Below are positions 48,806 to 57,946 of a stretch of 64,000 bases of DNA, in pieces. Every line of letters begins with the position of its first letter. The first letter of the stretch is position 1. Source of the DNA: an uncultured Gammaproteobacteria bacterium (GTDB lineage: Bacteria; Cyanobacteriota; Vampirovibrionia; Gastranaerophilales; Gastranaerophilaceae); assembly GCA_964570895.1 (NCBI GenBank), contig CAZMZD010000006.1:11447-75446 (forward strand), read 5' to 3'. The notes beneath the pieces were generated by a model. That model did not search any database. It saw nothing but the letters and a program-made list of their open reading frames with translations, and was not told where the DNA came from. A program made the translations under genes and the position numbers.

Positions 48806-49927
48806 ATGGGGAAGTTTGAACAAAAAATCGTTTCATTTTTTATAATATTTTCACTTTTTATGCCGCAAATTGCACTTGCAAACAATTTGAAAGGTAAAGT
48901 CGAACAAACGGAAACTAAGCAAGAAGAGCTTGACGAAAAGCTTTTCACAGGTGAAGTTGAAAAATTAAATCAAGTAAAAACAATTAAAATGACCGTTTCG
49001 CAAGTTTTAAGCTCCGGCTACACTCTTGAAGGCGACGAATTTTTTGCTGAAATTTCACAAAATGTTGAATCTGATAAAGGTATCATTGTGCCGACGGGAA
49101 CAATAGTTCACGGAAGCGTTGCAAGAATTGTTGAGCCTAAAAATTTCGGAAGAGATGGCTATATTCTTCTTGATTTTGATTATTTAATCACCCCTGACGG
49201 AAGAGAAGTGCCAATCAAAGGCAAAGTTTCCACAAAAGAAAACTTAGCGCTTGGAACTGCAAAAGCAGTGGCAGAACATGCGGGCTACACTCTCGCGGGC
49301 GGCGTTGTTGGCGGTTTTGTGGCACTTAATTTATTTGGCGCAGAAGCAGCAATTGCCTCTCAAGGTTACACAATCGCAGGCGGAGCAGCCGTTGGCGGCG
49401 TTCTTGGGCTTAGCGCCGCAATGATGAGAAAAGGCGAAGGAGTGCTTATAAAGCCGGGGGATGAGATAAAAATTGACATTCTATCAGACACTGCCATGCC
49501 GGTATTTAGAAAAGACGCATTCAAACAAGAAGAGCTGTTTTTGGAAGGGCTTGAAGTTCGGATAAATAACATTGTATATTCAAAAGACCCTTTTGGCGGA
49601 GATAATTTTATAACAATTTCTCTCGGGATATTTAATAATACGGATAATTTCTTTTCGACTTTCGACATAGCGCTTATGTCTGAAACTCATCACGTATACT
49701 TCCCTTCTCCATTTGGCGATACATCTCTTTGGTTCAAAACAATAAACCCCGGGGAAAGAGCAGTCGGCAAACTTTCGTTCTGTGTTGATGATAAGAAAAA
49801 AAATCATTGGCTTGTTTTCTACGATAAACGAACAAAAAAACCTCTTGCAAAATATTCAATTACAAACGCAGAGCAAAAATTAAAAGATTTAAAAAACAAT
49901 AAAAAGAAAAAGAAGAAAAACCGTTAA
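48806..49927 (+). CDS. Hypothetical exported/membrane protein
   Basis: 373 aa. It has a signal peptide and a beta-rich region resembling TrbI/VirB10-like barrels (GDEFFAEI...IVPTGTIVHGSV...LDFDYLITPDGREVPIKG). A glycine-zipper helix pair follows, then a C-terminal Ig-like region and a Lys-rich tail. Confidence 0.4.
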   Translation: MGKFEQKIVSFFIIFSLFMPQIALANNLKGKVEQTETKQEELDEKLFTGEVEKLNQVKTIKMTVSQVLSSGYTLEGDEFFAEISQNVESDKGIIVPTGTIVHGSVARIVEPKNFGRDGYILLDFDYLITPDGREVPIKGKVSTKENLALGTAKAVAEHAGYTLAGGVVGGFVALNLFGAEAAIASQGYTIAGGAAVGGVLGLSAAMMRKGEGVLIKPGDEIKIDILSDTAMPVFRKDAFKQEELFLEGLEVRINNIVYSKDPFGGDNFITISLGIFNNTDNFFSTFDIALMSETHHVYFPSPFGDTSLWFKTINPGERAVGKLSFCVDDKKKNHWLVFYDKRTKKPLAKYSITNAEQKLKDLKNNKKKKKKNR

Positions 49928-50071
49928 AGTTCGCTGTCGCCGTACACTTGGCATGTTATATATTTTTTATATACAAAGTATGTAAAGATATGTAACAAAA
50001 ATAAATAAATTTGAAATTGAGTATTTCGAAAATACTTTATATCTATGTAAGTATTAAACAAGGGTTTCAAA

Positions 50072-50911
50072 ATGTCACTTTCAATCAGCGAAATTTTAAA
50101 TAGCATTTCAAACCAAACGGGCACACAAGTTTCTAAAAAAAGTGCTGCTCAAGATAATGAATTTGTATTTGAATTTGAAGGCTTAGAATACACTTACGAA
50201 TCAAAAGCAGCTTTTATGGAAGATATTAAAGATGGTACAATTGATGATGGCAAAGTTAGCTTTATAGCAAAATGTGAAAAATTTGCAAAAGATCTTCCTT
50301 TAGTAGGCGGGCTTTTTGAAAAATACGACAGAACTCACGAAGGCGAAACTGAAAGCGAAGCTTTACAAGAAACCGAAATTGCAGAAGCATCAAAAGATAT
50401 CAATAGCGCAAACCAATTAAGCAAAAGCGCAGAACAAAATATCGACGGTATCGATGAAAGCGCTCAAAAAGCAGATGAAGATTCTTCAGATGACAAAGAA
50501 CTTATCAACGAAAAAAATAAAGAAATTGCAAAACTTAAAGAAGAAATAAAACAATACGAAAAAGAACAAAAAGCAGCTCAAGAAGAAGAACTTGCAAAAG
50601 CAGTTGACAAAGCTGAAAAAGAATATGACCCTGAAAAACACGGCGACAACAAAGAAGCATACATCAACAAACAAGTTGCAGGTATCATTGACTCAAGCAA
50701 AACTCAATCAACTGAATTACAAGACCAATTAAAATCTTTAGAAACAGATGTTAAAGACTTATTCAGCAAAATTGCAAACAGAAATAAAATCAGCAGACAA
50801 AACAGCTTCACAAAATTAAATATGAATGTTCAAAACACACTCAACACAAGCACCGCAGCAGAAGCAGAAGACTACAAAAAAGCAATTACAAACTTAAGCG
50901 TAGCAGCATAA
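50072..50911 (+). CDS. Hypothetical acidic coiled-coil protein
   Basis: 279 aa, E/K/D-rich in the centre. No recognised domain. Confidence 0.4.
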   Translation: MSLSISEILNSISNQTGTQVSKKSAAQDNEFVFEFEGLEYTYESKAAFMEDIKDGTIDDGKVSFIAKCEKFAKDLPLVGGLFEKYDRTHEGETESEALQETEIAEASKDINSANQLSKSAEQNIDGIDESAQKADEDSSDDKELINEKNKEIAKLKEEIKQYEKEQKAAQEEELAKAVDKAEKEYDPEKHGDNKEAYINKQVAGIIDSSKTQSTELQDQLKSLETDVKDLFSKIANRNKISRQNSFTKLNMNVQNTLNTSTAAEAEDYKKAITNLSVAA

Positions 50912-50965
50912 TAAAACGAAGAGAAAGTAAACTATTAGAGAAAATAAAAAAGGAAAAAGAGAATC

Positions 50966-50996
50966 AAAAAGACCCCGCCAACTAGGGGTCTTTTTT
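50966..50996 (+). terminator. Intrinsic terminator
   Basis: aaaaagacccc-gccaacta-ggggtctttttt. Confidence 0.8.
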
Positions 50997-51050
50997 AATT
51001 AGCCTAAATATGCAAGGTGCAAAAAAGAGTTTAAGTGATAATATGATTTT

Positions 51051-52304
51051 ATGCTAAATCTTGCAAAAAAAAGAGAAGAATTAACTCTCGACGACATTAT
51101 AAATTATTATAAAAGTGCCTGCAAGGCGCCTGAAAATAAAAAAATCGGGCTTGAATATGAAAGAATTTCCCTACATGCGCAAACCCTAAAAACAATTGAC
51201 CCTGAATTAATGTCAAAAACTATTGAAGAATTTGCCAAAAGATATGGTTGGGGAATTTTGTATGACGAAAGCACGGTTCTTGGCGCAATAAAAGACGGAA
51301 CAAGCATTTCTCTTGAGCCTGCAGGGCAATTTGAAATATCTTATCAGCCTGAGGATTCTATAAAAAACATTGAAGATGGAGTTTCAGAAATTATTTCAGA
51401 TTTCGATAAGCTCGCAAAAGCAAACAATATAGCGTTTCTTGAAAAAGGGCTCACCCCATATTCCACCCACCCTGAAATTAAAATTTTAAAGAAAAACAGA
51501 TATTTAATTATGGCCGAGTATTTGAAAGAGCAAGGCTCTCTTGCGCCTGCAATGATGAGAGAAACGGCAGGAATACAAGTTAATTGCGATTATTCGAGCG
51601 AAGAAAATGCTATTTTTCAATTAAAATTTTTAAATAAAATTATGCCTTTTATGACGGCACTTTGCGCAAATTCAAACATAAGAGGAGGTATTGATACAAA
51701 CTATAAAAGCTATCGGGCGCTCGTTTGGAAATATACGGATAGTGCCCGTGCCGGCACTTTCTACAACGATATTTTAGATGGCGCAACAGGTTTTGCAGAC
51801 TATATTAAAAAAATAATCGACGTGCCGATGTTGTTTATTGAAAGAAACAATAAAAAGATTTTAATAAACGGTGAAATTTCCTTTAGAGAATTTTTAGAAA
51901 ATGGCTTTATGGGAGAACGCGCAACGCTTGCTGATTATCTTTTGCACTCAAGCCTGACTTTTGGAGATATAAGGCTTAAAAATTCAATCGAGATAAGAAA
52001 CCACGACTCAAACTCTTTAGATGTTGCGCTTGGGCTTTGCGCCTTTTACAAAGGACTTTTAAAAAACGAAGATGAAATTAAAAAATTATATGAAAATTTC
52101 TCTGATGTAACATTTGAAGATATTGAAAAATATGGTTTTGACTGCGCGAAATATGGGCTTGATTTTAAACTTAGCGGAAAAATTAAAGAAAAATTTAAAA
52201 ACGCGCGCGAAATTGTTAATTTTTTAATAAATCAAGCAGAAAATAACCTAGATGACACTGAAAAACACTATCTTGAAAGTTTGAAAAAATTATGCAACAG
52301 TTAA
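51051..52304 (+). CDS. gshA: Glutamate--cysteine ligase, plant/cyanobacterial (GCS2/GSH1) type
   Basis: 417 aa. GLEYERISL, ISLEPAGQFEIS, RETAGIQVNCDY, VWKYTDSARAG, VPMLFI and FGDIRLKNSIEIRNHD parallel the GSH1 pattern (ISLEPGGQFELS, RTCTVQVNLDF, IW.DTD..R.G, FPEVRLK.Y+E.R.AD). Confidence 0.75.
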   Translation: MLNLAKKREELTLDDIINYYKSACKAPENKKIGLEYERISLHAQTLKTIDPELMSKTIEEFAKRYGWGILYDESTVLGAIKDGTSISLEPAGQFEISYQPEDSIKNIEDGVSEIISDFDKLAKANNIAFLEKGLTPYSTHPEIKILKKNRYLIMAEYLKEQGSLAPAMMRETAGIQVNCDYSSEENAIFQLKFLNKIMPFMTALCANSNIRGGIDTNYKSYRALVWKYTDSARAGTFYNDILDGATGFADYIKKIIDVPMLFIERNNKKILINGEISFREFLENGFMGERATLADYLLHSSLTFGDIRLKNSIEIRNHDSNSLDVALGLCAFYKGLLKNEDEIKKLYENFSDVTFEDIEKYGFDCAKYGLDFKLSGKIKEKFKNAREIVNFLINQAENNLDDTEKHYLESLKKLCNS

Positions 52305-52861
52305 ACTCAAAAAAAATATTGCTTCACACATGCTGCGCACCTTGCTTTGCATATCCTTCAATTATGCTTCGCGACGAAGGATACGAAGTTATTTCATATT
52401 TTTATAACCCTAATATTTCTGAATTTGGCGAATATGAAAAAAGAAGGGAAGAGTTAAAAAAATATTGCGAAAAAGAAGGTTTTGAAGTGATTTTTGAGCC
52501 TTGGCAAAATGAAGATTTTATCGCGCAAACAAAAGGGCTAGAGCAAGAACCGGAAAAAGGCGCAAGGTGCACAAAATGTTTTGAATTAAGGCTTACCCAA
52601 ACTGCCAAAAAAGCGCACTCTCTTGGCATTTTAAATTTTTCAACAACGCTCACCGTAAGCCCGCATAAAATCTCAAAACAAATATTTAAAGAAGGCGAGC
52701 GGGTGCAATTATTATTTGAAAATAAAGTGATTTTTATGCCGTTTGATTTTAAGAAAAAAGACGGGTTTAAAAAATCGAATGAAATTGCGAAAAGAGAAAA
52801 TATGTATCGCCAAAATTATTGCGGTTGCGTTTTTTCAAAGAACGCGAGTTTGATTAGATAA
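52292..52861 (+). CDS. queH: Epoxyqueuosine reductase QueH (DUF208)
   Basis: 189 aa with LLHTCCAPC, FYNPNI, ARCTKCFELRL, TTLTVSPHK and MYRQNYCGCVFS. It overlaps gshA by 13 nt. Confidence 0.85.
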   Translation: MQQLNSKKILLHTCCAPCFAYPSIMLRDEGYEVISYFYNPNISEFGEYEKRREELKKYCEKEGFEVIFEPWQNEDFIAQTKGLEQEPEKGARCTKCFELRLTQTAKKAHSLGILNFSTTLTVSPHKISKQIFKEGERVQLLFENKVIFMPFDFKKKDGFKKSNEIAKRENMYRQNYCGCVFSKNASLIR

Positions 52862-52915
52862 ACTTAAGCAAAAAATTTTAAATGCGCAAGCACCATCGAA
52901 CTTAGCTGTGCAAAA

Positions 52916-53359
52916 TTAATAATTTTCGATATGCCTTTGAATATCGCGTTTTTTCAAATCTTCACGTTTGTCGTGGAGTTTTTTACCTTTTCCAAGCCCA
53001 ATTTCAACTTTTGCAAAACCTCTTGTTAAAAAAACTTCAAGAGGCAAAATTGAATAATTTTCTTGTTTAATTTTGCCTATAATCTTTAAAATTTCACGTT
53101 TCGTAAGAAGCAATTTGCGAGGTCTTTCAGCTTCATGGTTATATATATTTCCGTGCTCATAAGGGCTTATGTGGCAATTATACAAAACAACTTCGCCGTG
53201 CTCAATGCGAGCAAAACTGTCTTTTAAATTCAAACCGCCTGCGCGAATTGATTTAATTTCAGTTCCCGTGAGCACAATTCCTGCCGTATATTTTTCAAAA
53301 ATTGTAAAATCGTGGAAGGCTTTTCTATTTGTTTGTATGACTTTTTTCGCTTCTTGCAT
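52916..53359 (-). CDS. smpB: SsrA-binding protein SmpB
   Basis: 147 aa with NRKAFHDF.I.E.Y.AGIVL.GTEIKSIR and the K/R-rich C-terminal tail. Confidence 0.95.
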   Translation of the reverse strand: MQEAKKVIQTNRKAFHDFTIFEKYTAGIVLTGTEIKSIRAGGLNLKDSFARIEHGEVVLYNCHISPYEHGNIYNHEAERPRKLLLTKREILKIIGKIKQENYSILPLEVFLTRGFAKVEIGLGKGKKLHDKREDLKKRDIQRHIENY

Positions 53360-53436
53360 AACGAAATTATAACATAAGTTTTTTTTTAAAACCTTTTTTG
53401 CTATAATTCGAGTAACAAAATAAAGGAAAAAAGCTT

Positions 53437-55122
53437 ATGAAAATGTCTAAACTCTTTGTAAAAACAAAACGTGAATTTCCATCTGACGCAGAAGCAATCA
53501 GCCACAAGCTTCTCGTGCGCGCAGGTTATATTAAAAAATTATCAAGCGGGATATATAGCTATTTGCCACTTGCCTGGAGAGTTATTCAAAAAGTTGAGCA
53601 AATTGTTCGCGAAGAAATGAACAAAGCGGGCGCACAAGAACTTCTTATGCCTTTTGTGCAACCTGCTGAAATTTGGCAAAAATCAGGCAGATGGGCAAAA
53701 TACGGCAAAGAGTTAATGAGAACAAAAGACCGTTCAGGAAACGAAATGTGCCTTGCACCAACTCATGAAGAAGTCATAACTTCAATCGCTGACGGGCTTT
53801 TAGACTCTTACAAGCAACTTCCGATTAACCTATATCAAATTCAAACAAAATTCAGAGATGAAATTCGCCCACGTTTCGGGCTTTTGAGAGGCAGAGAGTT
53901 CATTATGAAAGACGCTTACAGCTTCCACACGACTCAAGAATCTCTTGAAGAAGAATATGAAAATATGGCACGAGCATACACTGCAATATTTAACCGTTGC
54001 GGGCTTGAAACAAAAGCTGTTCAATCAGATTCAGGCGCAATCGGGGGCGCAGTAAGCCATGAATTTATGGTGCTCACAGACACAGAAGTCGGCGAAAATG
54101 ATGTATTTTACTGCACAAAATGCGATTATAGCGCAAACTCAAATCACGCAACTTCAAAATTAAATGTTGAAGAAACAGACGGCGGTTTTACAGAAGAAAA
54201 AACCGTTGACACGCCAAACACAAAAACCATTGAAGATGTTGCAAAATTTTTCAATGTTGACACAAACTGCATATTAAAATCCGTTCTTTATATTGTGGAC
54301 TCAAAACCTGTGATGGCAATGATTAGAGGGGATAAAGAAGTCGAAGAAACAAAACTTTTAAATGCTTGCGAAGGAATTGAAATTCGCCCTGCAACTGCTC
54401 TTGAAGCCGCTGAAATCACAGGCTCTGAAGCAGGATATTTAAGCTTTGTCGGACTTCAAGACAAAATTAAAGTTGTGTTTGACACATCAGCTTCCAAAAT
54501 GAAAAACTTTATAATAGGCGCAAATGAACCTGAAAAACACATTGTAGGCTACAATTTCAAAGAAATGCCTGAATTTGTGGACATTTCACTTGTTAAAAAA
54601 GGCGAAAAATGCCCAATCTGCGGCGAACCGCTGGATGTTACAAGAGGGATTGAAGTAGGTAACATTTTCCAATTAGGAACAAAATATTCAGCTTCAATGA
54701 ATGCGCAATATACAAACGAAAATGGCGAATTGAAACCTTATATTATGGGCTGCTACGGCATTGGCGTGACGCGCGTTGTGTCTGCCGCAATTGAAAAATT
54801 CCACGATGATTTTGGTATCATCTGGCCTGAAGCAATTGCACCATATAAAGTGATTGTTATTCCTGTAAACACTCAAGACGAACTTCAAATGAAAACTGCA
54901 ACTGAAATTTATGAAAAATTGCTTGCAGCAGGAGTTGAAGTTGTGATTGATGACAGAGATGAGCGCGCAGGTGTTAAATTCAAAGACGCTGACCTTATTG
55001 GCTTCCCATACAAAATTGTTGTAGGAAAATCAATCGCAGAAGGCAAAGTTGAATTCAAAAAAAGAACAGGCAAAGAAGCTGAACTTTTAACACCTGAAGA
55101 AGCTGTTAAAAAATTCATCTAA
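53437..55122 (+). CDS. proS: Proline--tRNA ligase (bacterial type with INS editing domain)
   Basis: 561 aa with HKLLVRAGYIKKL, FRDEIRPRFGLLRGREFIMKDAYSF, GCYGIGVTR and the anticodon-binding C-terminus. Confidence 0.95.
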   Translation: MKMSKLFVKTKREFPSDAEAISHKLLVRAGYIKKLSSGIYSYLPLAWRVIQKVEQIVREEMNKAGAQELLMPFVQPAEIWQKSGRWAKYGKELMRTKDRSGNEMCLAPTHEEVITSIADGLLDSYKQLPINLYQIQTKFRDEIRPRFGLLRGREFIMKDAYSFHTTQESLEEEYENMARAYTAIFNRCGLETKAVQSDSGAIGGAVSHEFMVLTDTEVGENDVFYCTKCDYSANSNHATSKLNVEETDGGFTEEKTVDTPNTKTIEDVAKFFNVDTNCILKSVLYIVDSKPVMAMIRGDKEVEETKLLNACEGIEIRPATALEAAEITGSEAGYLSFVGLQDKIKVVFDTSASKMKNFIIGANEPEKHIVGYNFKEMPEFVDISLVKKGEKCPICGEPLDVTRGIEVGNIFQLGTKYSASMNAQYTNENGELKPYIMGCYGIGVTRVVSAAIEKFHDDFGIIWPEAIAPYKVIVIPVNTQDELQMKTATEIYEKLLAAGVEVVIDDRDERAGVKFKDADLIGFPYKIVVGKSIAEGKVEFKKRTGKEAELLTPEEAVKKFI

Positions 55123-55124
55123 AC

Positions 55125-55883
55125 TTAGTTTTCATAAATAAATTTCACGATATCATCTGAAATTTCTTTTGATTGTTTAAGCAGCAATGTGCCTGCACCG
55201 CCCTTAGGATAAACCTTTAGGGACGATTGGGTTTGAATAAATTTTTGCAGAGTTTTCGCTTGGAATAAGAAATATTTATCCGTTTCAGTTGCAATCAAAA
55301 GGAATTTTGTCTTTTGATATTCTGAAATTACAAGCGGGGTGTTTAAGCCTTTAAATTTTTGAGTTGGCGAAATTAAAACCATTTTATCCGGTTCCGGTTT
55401 TAAGTTTTTGCCGGCTAAAATTGCCGTGTTAGCACCTAAATCAGCACCCACAAAAATTATGTGCTTATAGTCTACCATTGAATAGTGTTCTTTCAAGAAG
55501 TTAATTACTTCAAGCGTATCATTCGGGAACTTAAGCCACATCTTAGGCTTTAAATAACTTCTTGAAACATATCTGAAATTAACATTATAAACGCTTCTTC
55601 CATGCCCTCTCATATCAAGAGCAAAAACGTTATTGCCTTCTTTTGCAATTTTTGCAGGCAAATCGCCCCAATCGGCAGATTTACCGTTTACTGAATGCAG
55701 CATAAAGACAAGAGGCATTTTTTTATCGCGCACTTTTGAAGGATAAAAATCCCCAACAAGAACAAAGCCGTCTTTTGTTTCAATTTCCATTCTGACAACT
55801 GAGCCCTTCTTTTTTTGCCCTGTTGCAAAACAAATTGAAGTGCCTACAAAAAATATAATTAATAAAGCTAATAATTTTTTCAT
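55125..55883 (-). CDS. Secreted alpha/beta-hydrolase-fold protein
   Basis: 252 aa with a signal peptide and LDMRGHGRS. The nucleophile elbow reads GADLG (Asp where Ser is usual). Confidence 0.6.
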   Translation of the reverse strand: MKKLLALLIIFFVGTSICFATGQKKKGSVVRMEIETKDGFVLVGDFYPSKVRDKKMPLVFMLHSVNGKSADWGDLPAKIAKEGNNVFALDMRGHGRSVYNVNFRYVSRSYLKPKMWLKFPNDTLEVINFLKEHYSMVDYKHIIFVGADLGANTAILAGKNLKPEPDKMVLISPTQKFKGLNTPLVISEYQKTKFLLIATETDKYFLFQAKTLQKFIQTQSSLKVYPKGGAGTLLLKQSKEISDDIVKFIYEN

Positions 55884-55956
55884 ATTTATTATTTTACCAA
55901 ATTGTCAAAGCTTTTTTTCAAAAATAATACTTTTAGATTAGTTTTATTTTTTTTCT

Positions 55957-55983
55957 TAAATTTATTTCAAAAAATGCCGATTG
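55957..55983 (+). promoter_or_regulatory. Sigma28-type promoter candidate
   Basis: TAAATTTA-N11-GCCGATTG, equivalently TAAA-N15-GCCGAT. Confidence 0.55.
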
Positions 55984-55989
55984 ATAACA

Positions 55990-56059
55990 TGTAAAGCTAA
56001 ATGCTTTGCATTAAAACCTCCTCCCCAAGTCTAGTAGCCGCAGTTTGCGGCTTTTTTTT
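55990..56059 (+). ncRNA. Candidate small RNA (~70 nt) with exposed CCUCCUCCCC tract
   Basis: A weak 5' hairpin (56000-56012) is followed by unpaired aaaaccuccuccccaagucuagu (C/U tract at 56017-26). A 7-bp GC-rich stem agccgca/tgcggct with a U8 tail follows (56036-56059). No ORF with an RBS is present. Confidence 0.4.
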
Positions 56060-56119
56060 ATGCCAAGTGCAAATTCTTAAGATAACTTAACTAAAAATGG
56101 CGAAATGGCATGTTTTTTC

Positions 56120-56147
56120 TTGCATATTAAATTATTCTTGGTATGAT
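56120..56147 (+). promoter_or_regulatory. Sigma70-type promoter candidate for rpmG
   Basis: TTGCAT-N16-TATGAT, with a TGg extended -10. Confidence 0.5.
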
Positions 56148-56169
56148 ATTTGTATATGTGATAAAAAAT

Positions 56170-56195
56170 AACGGGTGAATGAAGCCCGTTTTTTA
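56170..56195 (+). promoter_or_regulatory. Terminator-like hairpin in the rpmG leader
   Basis: aacggg-tgaatgaag-cccgtt followed by tttt. It lies between the candidate promoter and the rpmG RBS. Confidence 0.4.
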
Positions 56196-56231
56196 AAACA
56201 AAAATTAACTAAACCCCAAAAGGAGCGAAAA

Positions 56232-56399
56232 ATGGGAATAAAAGGTAAAAATGACAGAATGGTTGTACTTGCTTGTGAAAACTGCAAAGAACGTAATTAC
56301 ACAACCACAAAAAACAAAAAAACTTTAAAAGAACGTATGGAACTTAAAAAATATTGCCCAAGATGCAATGCTCATACAGTTCACAAAGAAACAAAATAG
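56232..56399 (+). CDS. rpmG: 50S ribosomal protein L33
   Basis: The track ORF starts at GTG 56175. I prefer ATG 56232 with RBS aaggag. The 55-aa product contains CENC...CPRC, as in zinc-binding L33. Confidence 0.9.
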   Translation: MGIKGKNDRMVVLACENCKERNYTTTKNKKTLKERMELKKYCPRCNAHTVHKETK

Positions 56400-56418
56400 T
56401 TTTATCAATTAAGGAATT

Positions 56419-56491
56419 GCGTCCTTAGTTCAGTTGGTAGAACGTCGGTCTCCAAAACCGGATGTCGTGGGTTCGAGTCCTCCAGGGCGCG
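56419..56491 (+). tRNA. trnW: tRNA-Trp (anticodon CCA)
   Basis: Folds by eye as a cloverleaf. Acceptor stem gcgtcct/agggcgc, D-arm agttcagttggtagaac, anticodon stem tcggt/accgg with loop cuCCAaa, and T-arm gtggg-ttcgagt-cctcc. The rpmG-tRNA-Trp-secE position is classic. Confidence 0.9.
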
Positions 56492-56515
56492 ATTTTTAAA
56501 GAAAAGGTAACTTGA

Positions 56516-56731
56516 ATGTCAAATCAAAAAGAAAACAAAGTGTCATTACAAGATAGTCTAAAAAATTACTTCAAAGGCGTGAAGGCGGAATGGGGTAAAA
56601 TTTCTTGGCCACAAAAACCTCAAATTGTGAGCGAAACGATTATCGTGTTTATCGTTGTTGTTTTCTTCACATTGTTCACATACATTGTGGATTTGATATT
56701 TAAAGGTATTTTAGGTCTTATACCTCAATAA
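56516..56731 (+). CDS. secE: Preprotein translocase subunit SecE
   Basis: 71 aa with KGVKAEWGKISWP and a single C-terminal TM helix. It lies upstream of nusG. Confidence 0.85.
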   Translation: MSNQKENKVSLQDSLKNYFKGVKAEWGKISWPQKPQIVSETIIVFIVVVFFTLFTYIVDLIFKGILGLIPQ

Positions 56732-56744
56732 AAAGGGAAAAGTA

Positions 56745-57425
56745 ATGGCAAGAAAATCATCAAAAGTTGTTGTTAAATCAATGGATGAACTTGAAAATCA
56801 AGTGGAAGAAGTGACAGAAGTTAATGAAGAAGAAACTGTTGCTGCTGAAGAAACAGAAGTGAAAGTTGAAGAAAAAGCTCCTGTTAAAGTTGATAGCACA
56901 CCTAGAAAACATTGGTATATCGTGCATGTTTATTCAGGATATGAAAACAAAGTTAAAACAAATCTTGAAAAACGTATCGAATATATGGATATGGCGGATA
57001 AAATTTTCAGAGTTGAAGTTCCGCAAAAAACAATCACTCAAGTGAAAGCCGGAAAGAAAACTGAAAAGGAAGAAAAAATATTCCCAGGCTATGTTCTTGT
57101 TGAAATGATTATGACAGAAGAAACATGGTATGTTGTTCGCCACACTGCAGGGGTTACAAAATTTGTTGGCTCATCTAAAAAACCAATTCCTGCAAAAGAA
57201 AGCGAAATTAAAAAGATTATTCAAAGATCAACCGGCACGGTTCAAAAAATCGAACTCGATGTCAAAGTTGGCGACCAAGTTAAAATCTCCTCTGGTCCAT
57301 TTGCAGACTTTATTGGGGAAATTACAGAAGTTTACCCAGACAAAGCAAAACTTCGTGCAACTGTTTCAATCTTTGGTCGTGAAACTCCGGTTGAATTAGA
57401 ATATAAACAAATACAAAAAGTATAA
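56745..57425 (+). CDS. nusG: Transcription termination/antitermination factor NusG with acidic N-terminal extension
   Basis: 226 aa. About 50 E/V-rich residues precede WYIVHVYSGYENKV (NGN domain). The C-terminal KOW is GDQVKISSGPFADFIGEI. Confidence 0.95.
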   Translation: MARKSSKVVVKSMDELENQVEEVTEVNEEETVAAEETEVKVEEKAPVKVDSTPRKHWYIVHVYSGYENKVKTNLEKRIEYMDMADKIFRVEVPQKTITQVKAGKKTEKEEKIFPGYVLVEMIMTEETWYVVRHTAGVTKFVGSSKKPIPAKESEIKKIIQRSTGTVQKIELDVKVGDQVKISSGPFADFIGEITEVYPDKAKLRATVSIFGRETPVELEYKQIQKV

Positions 57426-57468
57426 GTGGAAGGGTTAGTCCCGCTAGTACCACAGAAAGGAAAATAAA

Positions 57469-57900
57469 ATGGCACCAAAAAAGAAAGTCACTGGCAAAAT
57501 TAAATTGCAAATTGAAGCCGGAAAAGCAAATCCATCACCACCGGTTGGTCCAGCCTTGGGTCAAAAAGGTGTAAACATCATGGATTTCTGCAAACAGTTC
57601 AATGAAAGAACTGCATCACAAGCAGGATACATTATTCCTGTTGTTATCGATGTTTACGAAGACAGAAGTTTTTCATTCGTAACAAAATCACCACCAGCAT
57701 CTGTTTTGATTAAAAAAGCATTAAACCTTCCAAAAGGCAGTGCTACACCAAACAAAACAAAAGTTGGTTCTATTACTCGTGCGCAACTTGAAGAAATTGC
57801 GAAAATTAAAAAAGACGATTTGAATGCAACTACAGTTGAAGCGGCTGTTGAAATGATTAAAGGAACAGCGCGTTCAATGGGCGTTACTGTTGAGGAATAA
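57469..57900 (+). CDS. rplK: 50S ribosomal protein L11
   Basis: 143 aa with [34 protein letters not shown]. Confidence 0.95.
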   Translation: MAPKKKVTGKIKLQIEAGKANPSPPVGPALGQKGVNIMDFCKQFNERTASQAGYIIPVVIDVYEDRSFSFVTKSPPASVLIKKALNLPKGSATPNKTKVGSITRAQLEEIAKIKKDDLNATTVEAAVEMIKGTARSMGVTVEE

Positions 57901-57946
57901 GTTGGCAGGCGATTTCGCCGTTATGACCACGAAAGGGATATAAAAA

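Noticed and set aside
49948-49963. Sigma54-like TTGGCAT-N-... element upstream of the acidic coiled-coil gene.
   Set aside because: Only the -24 GG element is present. The -12 TGC element is missing at the correct spacing.
52862-53436. tmRNA (ssrA) next to smpB.
   Set aside because: The flanking gaps are only about 55 and 77 nt and lack a tRNA-Ala-like acceptor/T-arm. ssrA must be elsewhere.
56001-56090. A 29-aa ORF (MLCIKTSSPSLVAAVCGFFLCQVQILKIT) starting inside the sRNA candidate.
   Set aside because: It has no RBS and reads straight through the terminator hairpin and U-tail. That is unlikely for a translated sequence.
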